Of a DNA stretch of 64,000 nt, positions 25,908 through 35,738 are shown piece by piece (the first letter of the stretch is position 1; each line of letters opens with the position of its first letter). The notes under the pieces are model-generated. The model saw only the letters and a list, made by a program, of their open reading frames with translations. It did not search any database and was not told the origin of the DNA. The position numbers and the translations under genes were made by a program. The stretch spans positions 32,001 to 96,000 of the forward strand of contig CAVTQK010000024.1 of NCBI GenBank assembly GCA_963736855.1, read 5' to 3'. The stretch is from an uncultured delta proteobacterium. GTDB taxonomy: Bacteria > Desulfobacterota > Desulfobacteria > Desulfobacterales > UBA2156.

Positions 25908-27989
25908 ATGATAAAAGATACACTGCTTCTAGAGATCGGGGCTGAGGAAATACCCGCAGGCTATATCGAACCGGCACTTGAGGCCTTGTCCGAAACGCTG
26001 CTGCGAAAGCTGGACGTCGCAAGAATTGCCCACGGTGGCGCTAAAGTTTTCGGGACACCGAGAAGACTGGCGGTGGAAATCCGGGATGTAGCGGACAAAC
26101 AGAAGGCACTTGCCGTGGAGATGATCGGTCCGCCCAAGAAGGTCAGCTTCGATGACAAAGGTCGGCCGACAGTGGCCGCAGAAAAATTTTCCGAAAAAGC
26201 CGGAGTGCCGGTAGGGAAACTAATCATCAAGGAAACGGAAAAGGGCCCTTATCTTTGTGCGCAAAGGGTGGAAAAGGGCAAGTCTGCCGTAACCATTCTT
26301 TCGACGCTTCTTCCCGAAGCCATTATTTCTACACCGTTTCCAAAGAGTATGCGGTGGGGAACTCTGTCCATCTCCTTCGCCCGGCCCATCCACACGATCC
26401 TTGCTTTGCTGGGGACCCGAATAATCCCGTTTACGCTCGGGAATATTAAAAGCGGGAGATATACCCTGGGTCATGGTTTCATGGCGCCTGGAAGGATCCG
26501 AATCGACCATCCCAAAGACTATGTGAAGAAACTGCAGCACGCTCATGTCCTCGTGGATATCCAGGAACGAAAAAATGCGGTTCGTAAGGCCGCCAAGAGA
26601 ACTGTCGAGAAGCTTGGTGGCAACGTCTTAGAAGATGAAGCCCTTTTAGACACCGTGACCCATCTGGTGGAATACCCGGTTCCTTCAGCAGGGAAATTCG
26701 ACGACAAGTTCCTTCAGCTTCCCGCTGAAATTCTCATTACCGCCATGCGTCGGCACCAGAAGTACTTCGCGGTAGTAAACGGAGGCGGAAGCCTGATGCC
26801 CCATTTCATCGCCGTCAACAACACGCGGACCCGGAAACCTTCTCTGGTGGCTACCGGCCATGAACGGGTCTTGAGGGCCCGACTTTCGGACGCGCAGTTT
26901 TTCTTTGAAAGCGACCTCCAGGATACCTTCGAACAGCGCGTAGAAAAGCTCAAAGGGGTTCTTTTTCAATCCGAGCTGGGGACCGTGCACGAAAAAGTCC
27001 GACGGGTCCAGGAAATGGCTGCGTATCTGGCGGATACAGTCCGACTCCCGGTCGATACCAAAAAGAATGTTGAAAAAGCCGCTTGGATTTGCAAGGCGGA
27101 TCTTGTCAGCCATGTGGTGAGAGAATTTCCCGAGCTTCAGGGGATCATGGGTCGGGTTTACGCATTAAAGTCCGGCGAGCCGAAATCGGTTGCCCAGGCC
27201 ATCGAGGAACACTACCGTCCGACGCATTCGGGCGGCGTTCTTCCCGAAGATCCGGTGGGCGCCTTATTGAGCATCGCCGACAAACTCGATTCCATCTGCG
27301 GATGCTTCAGCGTCGGCCTGATCCCCACGGGTGCATCGGATCCGTACGCCTTGAGGAGACAGGGCATCGGAATCGTATTGATTTTGCTTGCCCGCAATTT
27401 CCGGTTATCACTCAAGGATGCCATCCAAAAAAGCATCAGCCTCTTTCCCGAAAGCGTACGAAAAGATGCCGATGCCGCCGAAAAGATCCATATATTTTTA
27501 CAAAATCGGATGGTTCATCTTCTGGCGGAAGAAGGATTTGCCAAGGACGTCATCCAGGCGGTGACGGCTGTTTCCTCCGACTGTATTCCGGATGTTTGGG
27601 CTCGGGTTAAGGCTTTGGACCACCTGAGAAAAGCTCCCGATTTCGAACCGTTGGCCGTGGCCTTTAAACGTGTGGTCAACATCATCAAGCAGGCAGGAGA
27701 TATCGCCTTCTCCAATGTAGAGGAAACGATCTTCCAGGATCCCGCCGAAAAATCCCTTTACGAAGCTTATCAGAAAACAGCGGGGGATGTCGAAAAACAC
27801 CTTGAAAAAAGCGCTTTCGATAAAGCACTCGTCCGGATCGCTTCCTTGAGGAAACCGGTGGACGCATTTTTCGATGCTGTCCTGGTCATGGCAGAAGACG
27901 CGAGAATCCGGATGAACCGGTTGGCCGTGCTGTCTTGTATCGCCAGGCTCTTCGAGCGCTTTGCCGACTTCTCCAAAATTTCCACTTAA
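25908..27989 (+). CDS. glyS: Glycine--tRNA ligase beta subunit
   Basis: LLEIGAEEIP, TPRRL, EFPELQG, SDPYALRR and DALR-type C-terminus. Confidence 0.97.
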   Translation: MIKDTLLLEIGAEEIPAGYIEPALEALSETLLRKLDVARIAHGGAKVFGTPRRLAVEIRDVADKQKALAVEMIGPPKKVSFDDKGRPTVAAEKFSEKAGVPVGKLIIKETEKGPYLCAQRVEKGKSAVTILSTLLPEAIISTPFPKSMRWGTLSISFARPIHTILALLGTRIIPFTLGNIKSGRYTLGHGFMAPGRIRIDHPKDYVKKLQHAHVLVDIQERKNAVRKAAKRTVEKLGGNVLEDEALLDTVTHLVEYPVPSAGKFDDKFLQLPAEILITAMRRHQKYFAVVNGGGSLMPHFIAVNNTRTRKPSLVATGHERVLRARLSDAQFFFESDLQDTFEQRVEKLKGVLFQSELGTVHEKVRRVQEMAAYLADTVRLPVDTKKNVEKAAWICKADLVSHVVREFPELQGIMGRVYALKSGEPKSVAQAIEEHYRPTHSGGVLPEDPVGALLSIADKLDSICGCFSVGLIPTGASDPYALRRQGIGIVLILLARNFRLSLKDAIQKSISLFPESVRKDADAAEKIHIFLQNRMVHLLAEEGFAKDVIQAVTAVSSDCIPDVWARVKALDHLRKAPDFEPLAVAFKRVVNIIKQAGDIAFSNVEETIFQDPAEKSLYEAYQKTAGDVEKHLEKSAFDKALVRIASLRKPVDAFFDAVLVMAEDARIRMNRLAVLSCIARLFERFADFSKIST

Positions 27990-28215
27990 GCCCTTCCAAA
28001 CTCTCCAAGAAAACTCGAAAGGGCGGTCCATCCGTCGACCGCCCACAACGCATGTCTTCCATTAAAAAAAATTAAAAGACATCATTTTTTTCTTGTATTT
28101 TTAAAAAAGGAGCCTATATTCGCGCCAAATAGGGTAGACTTTGGTTTGGCCTATGAAAAATCCGTTTCCATTCAAATGCCGGCGGATAAGCCACCGGTAA
28201 AAGAAGGAGAGAGAC

Positions 28216-29631
28216 ATGCAGCGAGTAAACCGGATGATCCGAAAGACGATACGCCCTCCGTCGAATACCATGACAGGAGAGCAAGATGAGGACCCGCTAG
28301 GTACCGGGGCCCGACCCCAACCGGAAGAACACGTCCAACTTCCCCTATTCCGTCCCACCCGTGGGGTGCTCACTGTCATATCGTGCGAAAAGCGCCCTCC
28401 GCGCACGAGCCCCCAGACCCAACAATTTCGAAAGCGATTTTATCACAGTGTTTCCAAACAGCTTTGGAACGACTGGCATTGGCAGGTCAGCAATCGGATC
28501 CGTTCTCTCGCCCAATTGAAGGTCATGATAGATCTCAGCGATGAAGAGACGGCAGCCCTGTCCATGGAAGGGCACAAATTGCCGCTGGCTGTCACACCGT
28601 ATTACATGAGCCTCATTTCCCCGTCGGATCCCGATCAGCCCTTGCGCCGAACCATGATCCCCACGCTGCATGAGATGGTAAAGAGTCCGGAGGAGGCAGA
28701 GGATCCGTTGGGTGAAGATTCCCAAAGCCCGGTCCCGGGGCTGGTACACCGATACCCGGACCGCGTTTTGCTTTTGGTCCATGATTTTTGTGCCGCGTAC
28801 TGCAGGTACTGCACCCGGTCCCGGGTGGTGGGGAACGGAAAGCTCCTTTCGGACCGGCGGAGACTGGAAGTCGCCATAGACTACATTCAATCAAAGAAAG
28901 AAGTCCGGGACGTATTGATTTCAGGAGGAGACCCGCTCCTTTTGGGTGACGATCGCCTGAACTGGATCATGGATCGTCTTCGACGGATACCCCATGTGGA
29001 GGTCATCCGCATCGGAACAAAAGTTCCGGCGGTGTTGCCCCAGAGGGTGACGCCCAAGCTGGTTCGCATGCTCCAACATTACCATCCCCTGTGGATGAGT
29101 CTTCACTTCACCCACCCGGACGAATGCACCCCCGAGGCCTACCGGGCGTGTGCCATGCTGGCGGACGCCGGGATCCCTTTGGGATCGCAAACGGTGCTGT
29201 TGAAGGGCGTCAACGATTCGGTAGAGACCATGAAGGGTCTGGCGCATCATTTGATGCGGATGCGGGTGAGACCCTATTATCTGTATCAGTGCGATCCCAT
29301 TGTGGGTTCCGGCCATTTCCGGACCCCGGTGGAAACAGGGGTGAAAATCATCCGCGGCCTCAGGGGATTTACGAGCGGATATGCCGTACCCACGTATGTG
29401 ATCGACATTCCGGGGGGCGGCGGAAAGATTCCGATTTCCCCGGAATACGTGGAAGGAAGGGAAGGATCGGAGCTGTTGCTGCGCAATTTCGAGGGGAAGG
29501 CGTTCTGCTATGTCGATCCTTGCCCGAGTGTATCATCGGCAGCATTACCGGTTTTGGTTTCTTCGGGCGTTTCTGCCGAAACCGCAGCATCCATGCTATC
29601 GGTCTCCCATGAACATCGGCCTGACCTATGA
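28216..29631 (+). CDS. KamA-family radical SAM/PLP aminomutase (lysine 2,3-aminomutase-like)
   Basis: HRYPDRVLL, CAAYCRYC, SGGDPL, YQCD and YVIDIPGGGGK (PLP lysine); start may be 28270. Confidence 0.92.
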   Translation: MQRVNRMIRKTIRPPSNTMTGEQDEDPLGTGARPQPEEHVQLPLFRPTRGVLTVISCEKRPPRTSPQTQQFRKRFYHSVSKQLWNDWHWQVSNRIRSLAQLKVMIDLSDEETAALSMEGHKLPLAVTPYYMSLISPSDPDQPLRRTMIPTLHEMVKSPEEAEDPLGEDSQSPVPGLVHRYPDRVLLLVHDFCAAYCRYCTRSRVVGNGKLLSDRRRLEVAIDYIQSKKEVRDVLISGGDPLLLGDDRLNWIMDRLRRIPHVEVIRIGTKVPAVLPQRVTPKLVRMLQHYHPLWMSLHFTHPDECTPEAYRACAMLADAGIPLGSQTVLLKGVNDSVETMKGLAHHLMRMRVRPYYLYQCDPIVGSGHFRTPVETGVKIIRGLRGFTSGYAVPTYVIDIPGGGGKIPISPEYVEGREGSELLLRNFEGKAFCYVDPCPSVSSAALPVLVSSGVSAETAASMLSVSHEHRPDL

Positions 29632-30616
29632 CCTGAAGTCTTACTACCTGGCCAGGGGATTGAGCGAAGAAGCGGCGGCCGAGTTCGACCGGGAAGACAC
29701 GGTGGAGGCCATCGAGGCGGTGCTTACCGCCATGGGCCACCGCACCGAACGGATCGGCAATCTCTTCGAGCTGATCCCACGGCTTTCGGCCGGACACCGA
29801 TGGGACTTGGTATTCAACATTGCCGAGGGGCTTTACGGTATTGGCCGGGAAGCCCAGGTTCCTGCCGTCTTGGACGCCTTCGACATCCCGTATACATTTT
29901 CCGATCCGCTTGTATTGTGCCTGACCCTTCACAAGGGCATGACAAAGCGGGTTGTCCGGGATGCAGGGGTCCCCACCACGGATTTTGCAGTCGTCGAAAA
30001 ACCAGAAGACGTCGAAACGATTTCTTTTGAACCTCCTTTTTTTGTCAAACCCGTTGCGGAAGGGACGGGAAAGGGGATATCTTCGGCTTCGCGGGTCCAA
30101 GACGCAGCCGAGCTTACCACGTTTACGACCCGCCTCCTGATGAAATATCCCCAGGGAATCCTTGTAGAACGGTATTTGCCGGGCCGTGAGTTCACCGTCG
30201 GGATCCTCGGGACCGGAGATTCGGCTCGAGCACTGGGGACCATCGAAGTGCATCTGGAATCCCAGGCACAACCGGGGGCCTACGGATATGAGAATAAGAA
30301 GCATTACGAAGAATGGGTCCGATACCGTTTACTGTCCCCGGAAATGGACACGGTGGTGGCTGGGGCCGAGGCTTTATCCTTGAAAGCATGGCGTATCCTG
30401 GGATGTCGGGATGCCGGAAGAATAGACGTCCGTTGCGATGAGGCAGGCCAGCCTCAGTTCATCGAAGTCAACCCGCTGGCAGGGATCCACCCGATCCACT
30501 CGGATCTTCCCATCATCTGCAATTTGGCCGGTATTTCCTACCAGAATCTTATCGAGAAGATCATAGCCTCCGCCTGTTTACGCATTAAAAAACGAACCAA
30601 CAGCAGCGATACATGA
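29609..30616 (+). CDS. Ddl-like ATP-grasp ligase 1 (non-canonical)
   Basis: FVKPVAEGTGKG, ERYLPGREF, RIDVR and IEVNPLAG; lacks Ddl GGxSxEH/HGxxGEDG. Confidence 0.88.
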   Translation: MNIGLTYDLKSYYLARGLSEEAAAEFDREDTVEAIEAVLTAMGHRTERIGNLFELIPRLSAGHRWDLVFNIAEGLYGIGREAQVPAVLDAFDIPYTFSDPLVLCLTLHKGMTKRVVRDAGVPTTDFAVVEKPEDVETISFEPPFFVKPVAEGTGKGISSASRVQDAAELTTFTTRLLMKYPQGILVERYLPGREFTVGILGTGDSARALGTIEVHLESQAQPGAYGYENKKHYEEWVRYRLLSPEMDTVVAGAEALSLKAWRILGCRDAGRIDVRCDEAGQPQFIEVNPLAGIHPIHSDLPIICNLAGISYQNLIEKIIASACLRIKKRTNSSDT

Positions 30617-31632
30617 ACGTTGCCGTCGTCCACACCGCCGTTGCCGATGATAGCGCGCCGGATGACCAAGATGTTTTGTATCAGGTCGATGCAGTATCTG
30701 CCGGCCTGAAGGGTCTCGGCCATGCCGTTTGGGTCATCCCCTGCGATCTCGATCTGGCCGGGGTCAAATCCCGGCTTTTAACGGTCCGACCCCGGGTGAT
30801 CTTCAACCTGGTGGAGTCACTGGACGGGCATATGCGGCTCATTCATCTTTTTCCAGCGATGCTGGAAGCCATGGCCATGCCCTACACGGGGTCTTGCGCC
30901 GAAGTACTCTGGGTGACGACCCACAAGGGCATGGCAAAGGAAAAAATGTCCGCAGCCGGACTCCCCACACCGTCCTGGGTTTCAGCTGAGGCGGGGCGCG
31001 ATACACCTGAACCCCGATCATTTTTTTCAGATTCGGATGCGATCCAAAAACCATGGATTATCAAGTCCCTCTGGGAACACGCCTCCGTTGGGTTGGATGA
31101 AGATCGAATTGTATCGATGGAGTCTTTTAAAGAGCTTTCCGATCGCCTGCAGAAGATTTTTATTAAAACCGGAGACCCGTGCTTTGCCGAAGCCTACATC
31201 GACGGCCGCGAGTTCAATCTGTCGCTTCTGGGCGGACCAGGCGGACCCCAAGTCCTATCCCCAGCCGAGATCGTTTTCGAGGGATATGCCGATGATAAGC
31301 CCAAGATTGTGGGTTACAAGGCCAAATGGGAGCCCGACTCATGGGAATACCAGCATACCCCCAGGAGCTTCGATTTTCCGGACACGGATCAGTCCCTTAT
31401 GGATACGCTGAAAGATTTGGCCCTTTCCTGCTGGAGGGTTTTCGGATTGAAAGGATATGCCCGCATCGATTTCCGGGTGGACTCCGAGGGACGTCCCTGG
31501 ATCCTGGAGGTCAACGCCAATCCATGCCTGAGCCCCGATGCGGGCTTTTCGGCGGCCCTGAAGCACTCAGATATCTCATTTACCGAAGCTGTCGGCTGCA
31601 TTCTTGCCGATGCGCTTCGCCGGGGCTTTTAA
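30613..31632 (+). CDS. Ddl-like ATP-grasp ligase 2 (non-canonical)
   Basis: FNLVES, IIKSLWEHAS, EAYIDGREF, GYARIDFR and LEVNANP; ATGA overlap with ligase 1. Confidence 0.88.
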   Translation: MNVAVVHTAVADDSAPDDQDVLYQVDAVSAGLKGLGHAVWVIPCDLDLAGVKSRLLTVRPRVIFNLVESLDGHMRLIHLFPAMLEAMAMPYTGSCAEVLWVTTHKGMAKEKMSAAGLPTPSWVSAEAGRDTPEPRSFFSDSDAIQKPWIIKSLWEHASVGLDEDRIVSMESFKELSDRLQKIFIKTGDPCFAEAYIDGREFNLSLLGGPGGPQVLSPAEIVFEGYADDKPKIVGYKAKWEPDSWEYQHTPRSFDFPDTDQSLMDTLKDLALSCWRVFGLKGYARIDFRVDSEGRPWILEVNANPCLSPDAGFSAALKHSDISFTEAVGCILADALRRGF

Positions 31633-31659
31633 TGACATCGCCTTCCACCTAAATTGAGC

Positions 31660-31761
31660 GATTTTCGAATTTGCCGCAGATGCAAGGCGTCCGGAAGCGA
31701 AGGCGTACAATTCGTACGTCGAGCTTTCGGCAACGTAGCAGATGCGGTGAAATCGGAAATC
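31660..31761. repeat. Structured repeat sharing the MITE internal core but with different ends (copy D)
   Basis: agatgcaaggcg...ggcgtac-loop-gtacg...gcaacgtagcagatg core enclosed by gattttcgaatttgccgc/gcggtgaaatcggaaatc imperfect inverted repeat. Confidence 0.65.
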
Positions 31762-32088
31762 CCAAAGAGTTTTCAATTTCGCAAATAATTCTAGTGCATG
31801 CCTTTTATGGTACACCCGACGGGTGGGCAATTGGAATGGTCAACTCCGTTCCAACACAAGGATATTCAAAAACAATTCTTTTTTGCCAAATTGAAAACGA
31901 TCAATTTAGGTTCCAAATAATGAGATGTTCTTGATAGTATCGGCACGAAGGGGTATTTAAAAGGTGACATGGAAGGTAGGAGAGTTTTCCATGCACAACG
32001 AGTTCACAACTCAGAGACGGGGAGTGGACCAGTTTTTCCTGGTGGCGCTGGGAGTGGATGCCCTCAAAATCGATTCGATAGGGGATGG

Positions 32089-32646
32089 ATGTTGACGAAG
32101 AAACACCTTGATACCGATAGATATATGAAAGACGGAACGGAACTCGTTGTTGACGTTCATGACACTACCTTCCGCACCGATGTCATGCCCCAAGATCCCG
32201 AGCACATCCGGCAGTTGGTAGCCGTCACCGATTTTTTTTCGGTAGAAGAAATTAAAGTCGCCGGCGAACTTGCTGAAGAACACCTCAAAACCGGGCCTCA
32301 AAGCGGCTACTTCTTTCTTTTTGCCGAACAATACGGCCGACTGGCGGGATACGCCTGCTACGGCCCCGTCCCCATGACCGAGTCGAGCTTCGATCTCTAT
32401 TGGATTGCGATCCATCCCGATCTTCAAAGGCGGGGTCTCGGCCGCCGCTTGCTGGTGGAATGTGAAAAAAGGATTCGCAAAACCGGCGGCACCCGGATCT
32501 ATGTGGAAACCTCCAGCCGCGTCCAATACGCCAGCACTCACGCTTTTTACGAAGATATGGGTTACCAAAAAGAAGCGGTGTTGGCCGATTTTTACCGACC
32601 GGGAGACAGCAAGATACAATATTGCAAAAGATTGGAAAAATCATGA
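32089..32646 (+). CDS. GNAT family N-acetyltransferase
   Basis: [21 protein letters not shown] acetyl-CoA motif and FYEDMGY; start 32089 or 32125. Confidence 0.9.
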   Translation: MLTKKHLDTDRYMKDGTELVVDVHDTTFRTDVMPQDPEHIRQLVAVTDFFSVEEIKVAGELAEEHLKTGPQSGYFFLFAEQYGRLAGYACYGPVPMTESSFDLYWIAIHPDLQRRGLGRRLLVECEKRIRKTGGTRIYVETSSRVQYASTHAFYEDMGYQKEAVLADFYRPGDSKIQYCKRLEKS

Positions 32647-34256
32647 AAAAAGCAAATATCGCAGTAGTCGGTTCAGGGTATTGGGGCAAGCATTTGGTCC
32701 GGAACTATCACCACCTCGGTGCACTTCGCCTGATTTGCGATAAAAACGAGGCGCTTCTTTCGGAATATCAAAAAAAATATTCAGAGATCGATCGTTGCAT
32801 TGCTTTCAACGATGTTCTGAAGCATAAGCACATCGATGGTGTTGTCATTGCAACGCCTGCTGAAACTCATTTTTCGCTTGCCCGGGAAACATTGCTTGCG
32901 GGAAAGCATGTCTTTGTGGAAAAACCGCTTGTGCTGCATGAAAAGGAGGCCGTAGAACTCATTTCAATCGCAAAATCCAAATCCCTTGTTCTCATGGTGG
33001 GCCATTTATTGCAATATCACCCCATCTTCACCAAATTAAAGGAATTGGCCGGATCCGGAGAACTTGGACGGATCAATTATATTTATTCGCATCGCCTCAA
33101 CTTGGGCAAGATTCGAAGAGAAGAAAATATTTTATGGTCTTTCGCACCTCATGATATTTCCATGATCCTTTCTTTGGCAGGAGAAGAACCTGAGATCGTC
33201 ATGGCTACGGGTGGAAATTACCTACATCAAAGGATAGCCGACGTTACTACCACGCATCTAAGTTTTCCTTCCGGGCTTCGTGCTCACATTTTTGTTTCGT
33301 GGCTCCATCCATTCAAGGAACAAAAGTTGGTGATTGTCGGGGATCGAAAAATGGCGGTGTTCGACGATACCAAAACTTGGACGGAAAAACTCCTTTTATT
33401 CCCCCATGAAATCCAATGGCGTGAAAGCCTCCCCGTTCCCATAAAAGCGGAACCTGAGCGAGTTAATGTCCCGGAAGAAGAACCCCTTAGAAGAGAATGC
33501 CAACACTTTTTATCCTGCATTTTAAACAAAACACAGCCGATAACCGACGGTGCAGAAGGCTTGCAGGTCCTGAGAATATTGAATGCAGCACAGCATTCGC
33601 TCAATAATAATTCAGAGACTGTTCGGATCCAAAAATGGGCCAAATCACTTAATAATAATTATTCAACTGGAAACATAGCGAACCAACAGGGTGAGAAAGC
33701 GGATTATTTTGTCCATGAGACTTCTATAATAGACAAAGGGTGCGAGATCGGTTCCGGAACAAAGATTTGGCATTTTTCACACATATTGTCCGGCTCAAAA
33801 ATAGGGAAAAACTGCAATATTGGTCAAAATGTGGTCATAGGCCCCGATGTTACCATCGGTAATGGTTGTAAAATCCAAAACAATGTTTCGGTGTTTAAAG
33901 GCGTGACCTTGGAAGACCATGTATTTTGTGGACCCTCAATGGTTTTCACAAACGTCTATAATCCGCGGGCGCATATTTCTCGCATGAACCAAATTCGTAA
34001 AACTTTAGTCAAAAAAGGGGCAACAATCGGAGCCAATGCCACCATTGTTTGCGGAGTGACCATTGGAGAGTATGCCTTCATTGGTGCCGGATCACTGGTG
34101 AACAAAGAGGTGCCGAATCATGCTCTTGTTGTGGGTGTTCCAGCTCGGCAGATAAGCTGGGTATGTGGATGTGGAGAAAAACTTAATAAAGATTTAGTTT
34201 GTGAGATATGCGGAGACAGATACTTGAAAAGTGGTAATGGTCTGAATGCGGTATAG
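32643..34256 (+). CDS. WbpB-like Gfo/Idh/MocA dehydrogenase fused to WbpD-like hexapeptide N-acetyltransferase
   Basis: GSGYWG, VFVEKP and APHD in the N-domain; [22 protein letters not shown] hexapeptide repeats and terminal CxC..CxxC in the C-domain. Confidence 0.9.
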   Translation: MKKANIAVVGSGYWGKHLVRNYHHLGALRLICDKNEALLSEYQKKYSEIDRCIAFNDVLKHKHIDGVVIATPAETHFSLARETLLAGKHVFVEKPLVLHEKEAVELISIAKSKSLVLMVGHLLQYHPIFTKLKELAGSGELGRINYIYSHRLNLGKIRREENILWSFAPHDISMILSLAGEEPEIVMATGGNYLHQRIADVTTTHLSFPSGLRAHIFVSWLHPFKEQKLVIVGDRKMAVFDDTKTWTEKLLLFPHEIQWRESLPVPIKAEPERVNVPEEEPLRRECQHFLSCILNKTQPITDGAEGLQVLRILNAAQHSLNNNSETVRIQKWAKSLNNNYSTGNIANQQGEKADYFVHETSIIDKGCEIGSGTKIWHFSHILSGSKIGKNCNIGQNVVIGPDVTIGNGCKIQNNVSVFKGVTLEDHVFCGPSMVFTNVYNPRAHISRMNQIRKTLVKKGATIGANATIVCGVTIGEYAFIGAGSLVNKEVPNHALVVGVPARQISWVCGCGEKLNKDLVCEICGDRYLKSGNGLNAV

Positions 34257-34262
34257 TATTAA

Positions 34263-34450
34263 GATGTATTCGGTTTATTGTTTGATATGGCCACGCTGAT
34301 TCTTTTTATCAGGCTGTTTATATATGGGTTTCCCAGGGGCATATTCCGCCTTTAAATGCTCTTGAGGCGATTTTTTCGTTCATTACCGCCATACAGTTTA
34401 CGCTGTTCGCGATGTGGTTTGATATGGAAATCAACAAGGAGCTTAAATGA
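34263..34450 (+). pseudogene. 3' remnant of a GT2 gene paralogous to 39850-40800
   Basis: Manual translation ...FIRLF/IWVSQGHIPPLNAL...QFTLFAMWFDMEINKELK* matches the GT2 C-terminus FRLFYIWGITGVIPKTNAM...FFGMWFDMEYNKNLKA. Confidence 0.85.
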
Positions 34451-34493
34451 ATCAGACTTGCTGCAACAGTTTGCATTTTCAGGGCGATTAACT

Positions 34494-35690
34494 ATGTGGG
34501 TCTGTATGATTACCACATCATATCCGAGATGGCCGGGAGACCATGCCGGTCATTTTGTTTTTGAGCTGGCCAGAAGACTGGCAGGAGATTTTGAGGTTTC
34601 TGTGCTTGTGCCGAATTATCCCGGCGCTAAAGCTGACGAAATCGTCGATGGGATAAAGGTTCACCGGTTCAGATATTTTTTCAGGAAAGCGGAAAAACTT
34701 GCGGGAGAGGGCGGGATTGTGCCTGCACTGAAGAGCAACAAATTATATTACCTCCTGATACCATTTTTTTTGCTGGCTTATTTCTTTGCGTTGAGCAGGC
34801 AAATCAAAAAAGAGCGGCCTGACGTAATCTATGCTCACTGGATAATTCCGTCGGGTTTTATTGCAGCTTTAATAAAGAAAAAATATGGCGTAAAATTTCT
34901 GGTAACGGCTCACGGCGGAGATGTCTTTGGCCTGCAGGGCAGATTCACAACAGCTATCAAGAGATGGACACTTAAGTGTGCAGACAGGATAGCGGTTGTC
35001 AGCAGCGCTATGAAAAAAGAAATTTTGACAAAGATAGCTCCTGGCCTTGAAATCGAAATAATATCGATGGGTGTTGATAGCGAGCATTTCAGTTCTGTAA
35101 AAAAGGATAGTCTAATAAAAACCAAATACGCCATAGAAGGTCCTTTTCTGCTATTTGTTGGCAGATTAACTGAGAAGAAGGGTGTCCGGTTTCTGATAGA
35201 GGCGATGCCGACGGTGATAAAGGAATTTCCAAAGGCCATATTGCTGATTGTTGGCAGCGGTGCTTTGGAACAGGAATTGAAATCTCTTAGCCGAAAACTT
35301 GGTGTAGAGGGCAATATAATCTTTGCCGGTCAGATAGCAAACTCTGATTTACCGAAATATTACGCTACGGCTGATATTGTAATCGCACCATCAGTTATTG
35401 CAGAAGGTGGAGACAGGGAGGGGCTGCCTGTCGCCTTGATGGAGGCAATGTCCTGCGGTGCGGTTACAGTTGCTACTGACCTCGAAGGTAACAGGGATTT
35501 GATATTAAACGGCCAAACAGGTTTTTTGATTAAACAGAAAAGCCCTGCAGAGATTTCTAAAACGGTCGTCGAATTGCTGAAAAATGATTATTTAGTGCCG
35601 CAAATAAGAAAGCAAGCTAGGGAAAAAATAATTTCGGCGTTTGACTGGAAAGTAATCTCGGACAAATATAAGAAGATACTGAGTAGTTAA
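34494..35690 (+). CDS. GT4 family glycosyltransferase
   Basis: TTSYPR, HW, TAHGGD, FVGRLTEKKG and EGLPVALMEAM. Confidence 0.92.
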   Translation: MWVCMITTSYPRWPGDHAGHFVFELARRLAGDFEVSVLVPNYPGAKADEIVDGIKVHRFRYFFRKAEKLAGEGGIVPALKSNKLYYLLIPFFLLAYFFALSRQIKKERPDVIYAHWIIPSGFIAALIKKKYGVKFLVTAHGGDVFGLQGRFTTAIKRWTLKCADRIAVVSSAMKKEILTKIAPGLEIEIISMGVDSEHFSSVKKDSLIKTKYAIEGPFLLFVGRLTEKKGVRFLIEAMPTVIKEFPKAILLIVGSGALEQELKSLSRKLGVEGNIIFAGQIANSDLPKYYATADIVIAPSVIAEGGDREGLPVALMEAMSCGAVTVATDLEGNRDLILNGQTGFLIKQKSPAEISKTVVELLKNDYLVPQIRKQAREKIISAFDWKVISDKYKKILSS

Positions 35691-35738
35691 TGTCGTATTA
35701 ATGATTTAGGCAAATACATCGCAGGACTATGATATCGG

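Noticed and set aside
28121..28215. Possible riboswitch in the KamA leader
   Set aside because: Only weak hairpins; too short for a lysine riboswitch and no recognisable aptamer consensus
28216..29631. EF-P modification enzyme EpmB or lysine fermentation KamA
   Set aside because: No efp/epmA or kamDE/kdd context; overlapping ATP-grasp genes point elsewhere
29369..30304. 311-aa antisense ORF
   Set aside because: Shadow of KamA/ATP-grasp genes with no recognisable motifs
29609..31632. Housekeeping ddl or van-type resistance ligases
   Set aside because: Ddl N-terminal signature motifs absent; no dcw or van genes
31991..32095. Short ORF starting MHNEFT after a good RBS, reminiscent of HicB antitoxin N-termini
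   Set aside because: Similarity ends after six residues and there is no hicA; unsupported
34356..34493. Longer N-terminus of the GT4 ORF
   Set aside because: Overlaps the GT2 remnant in another frame; GT4 homology starts at 34494
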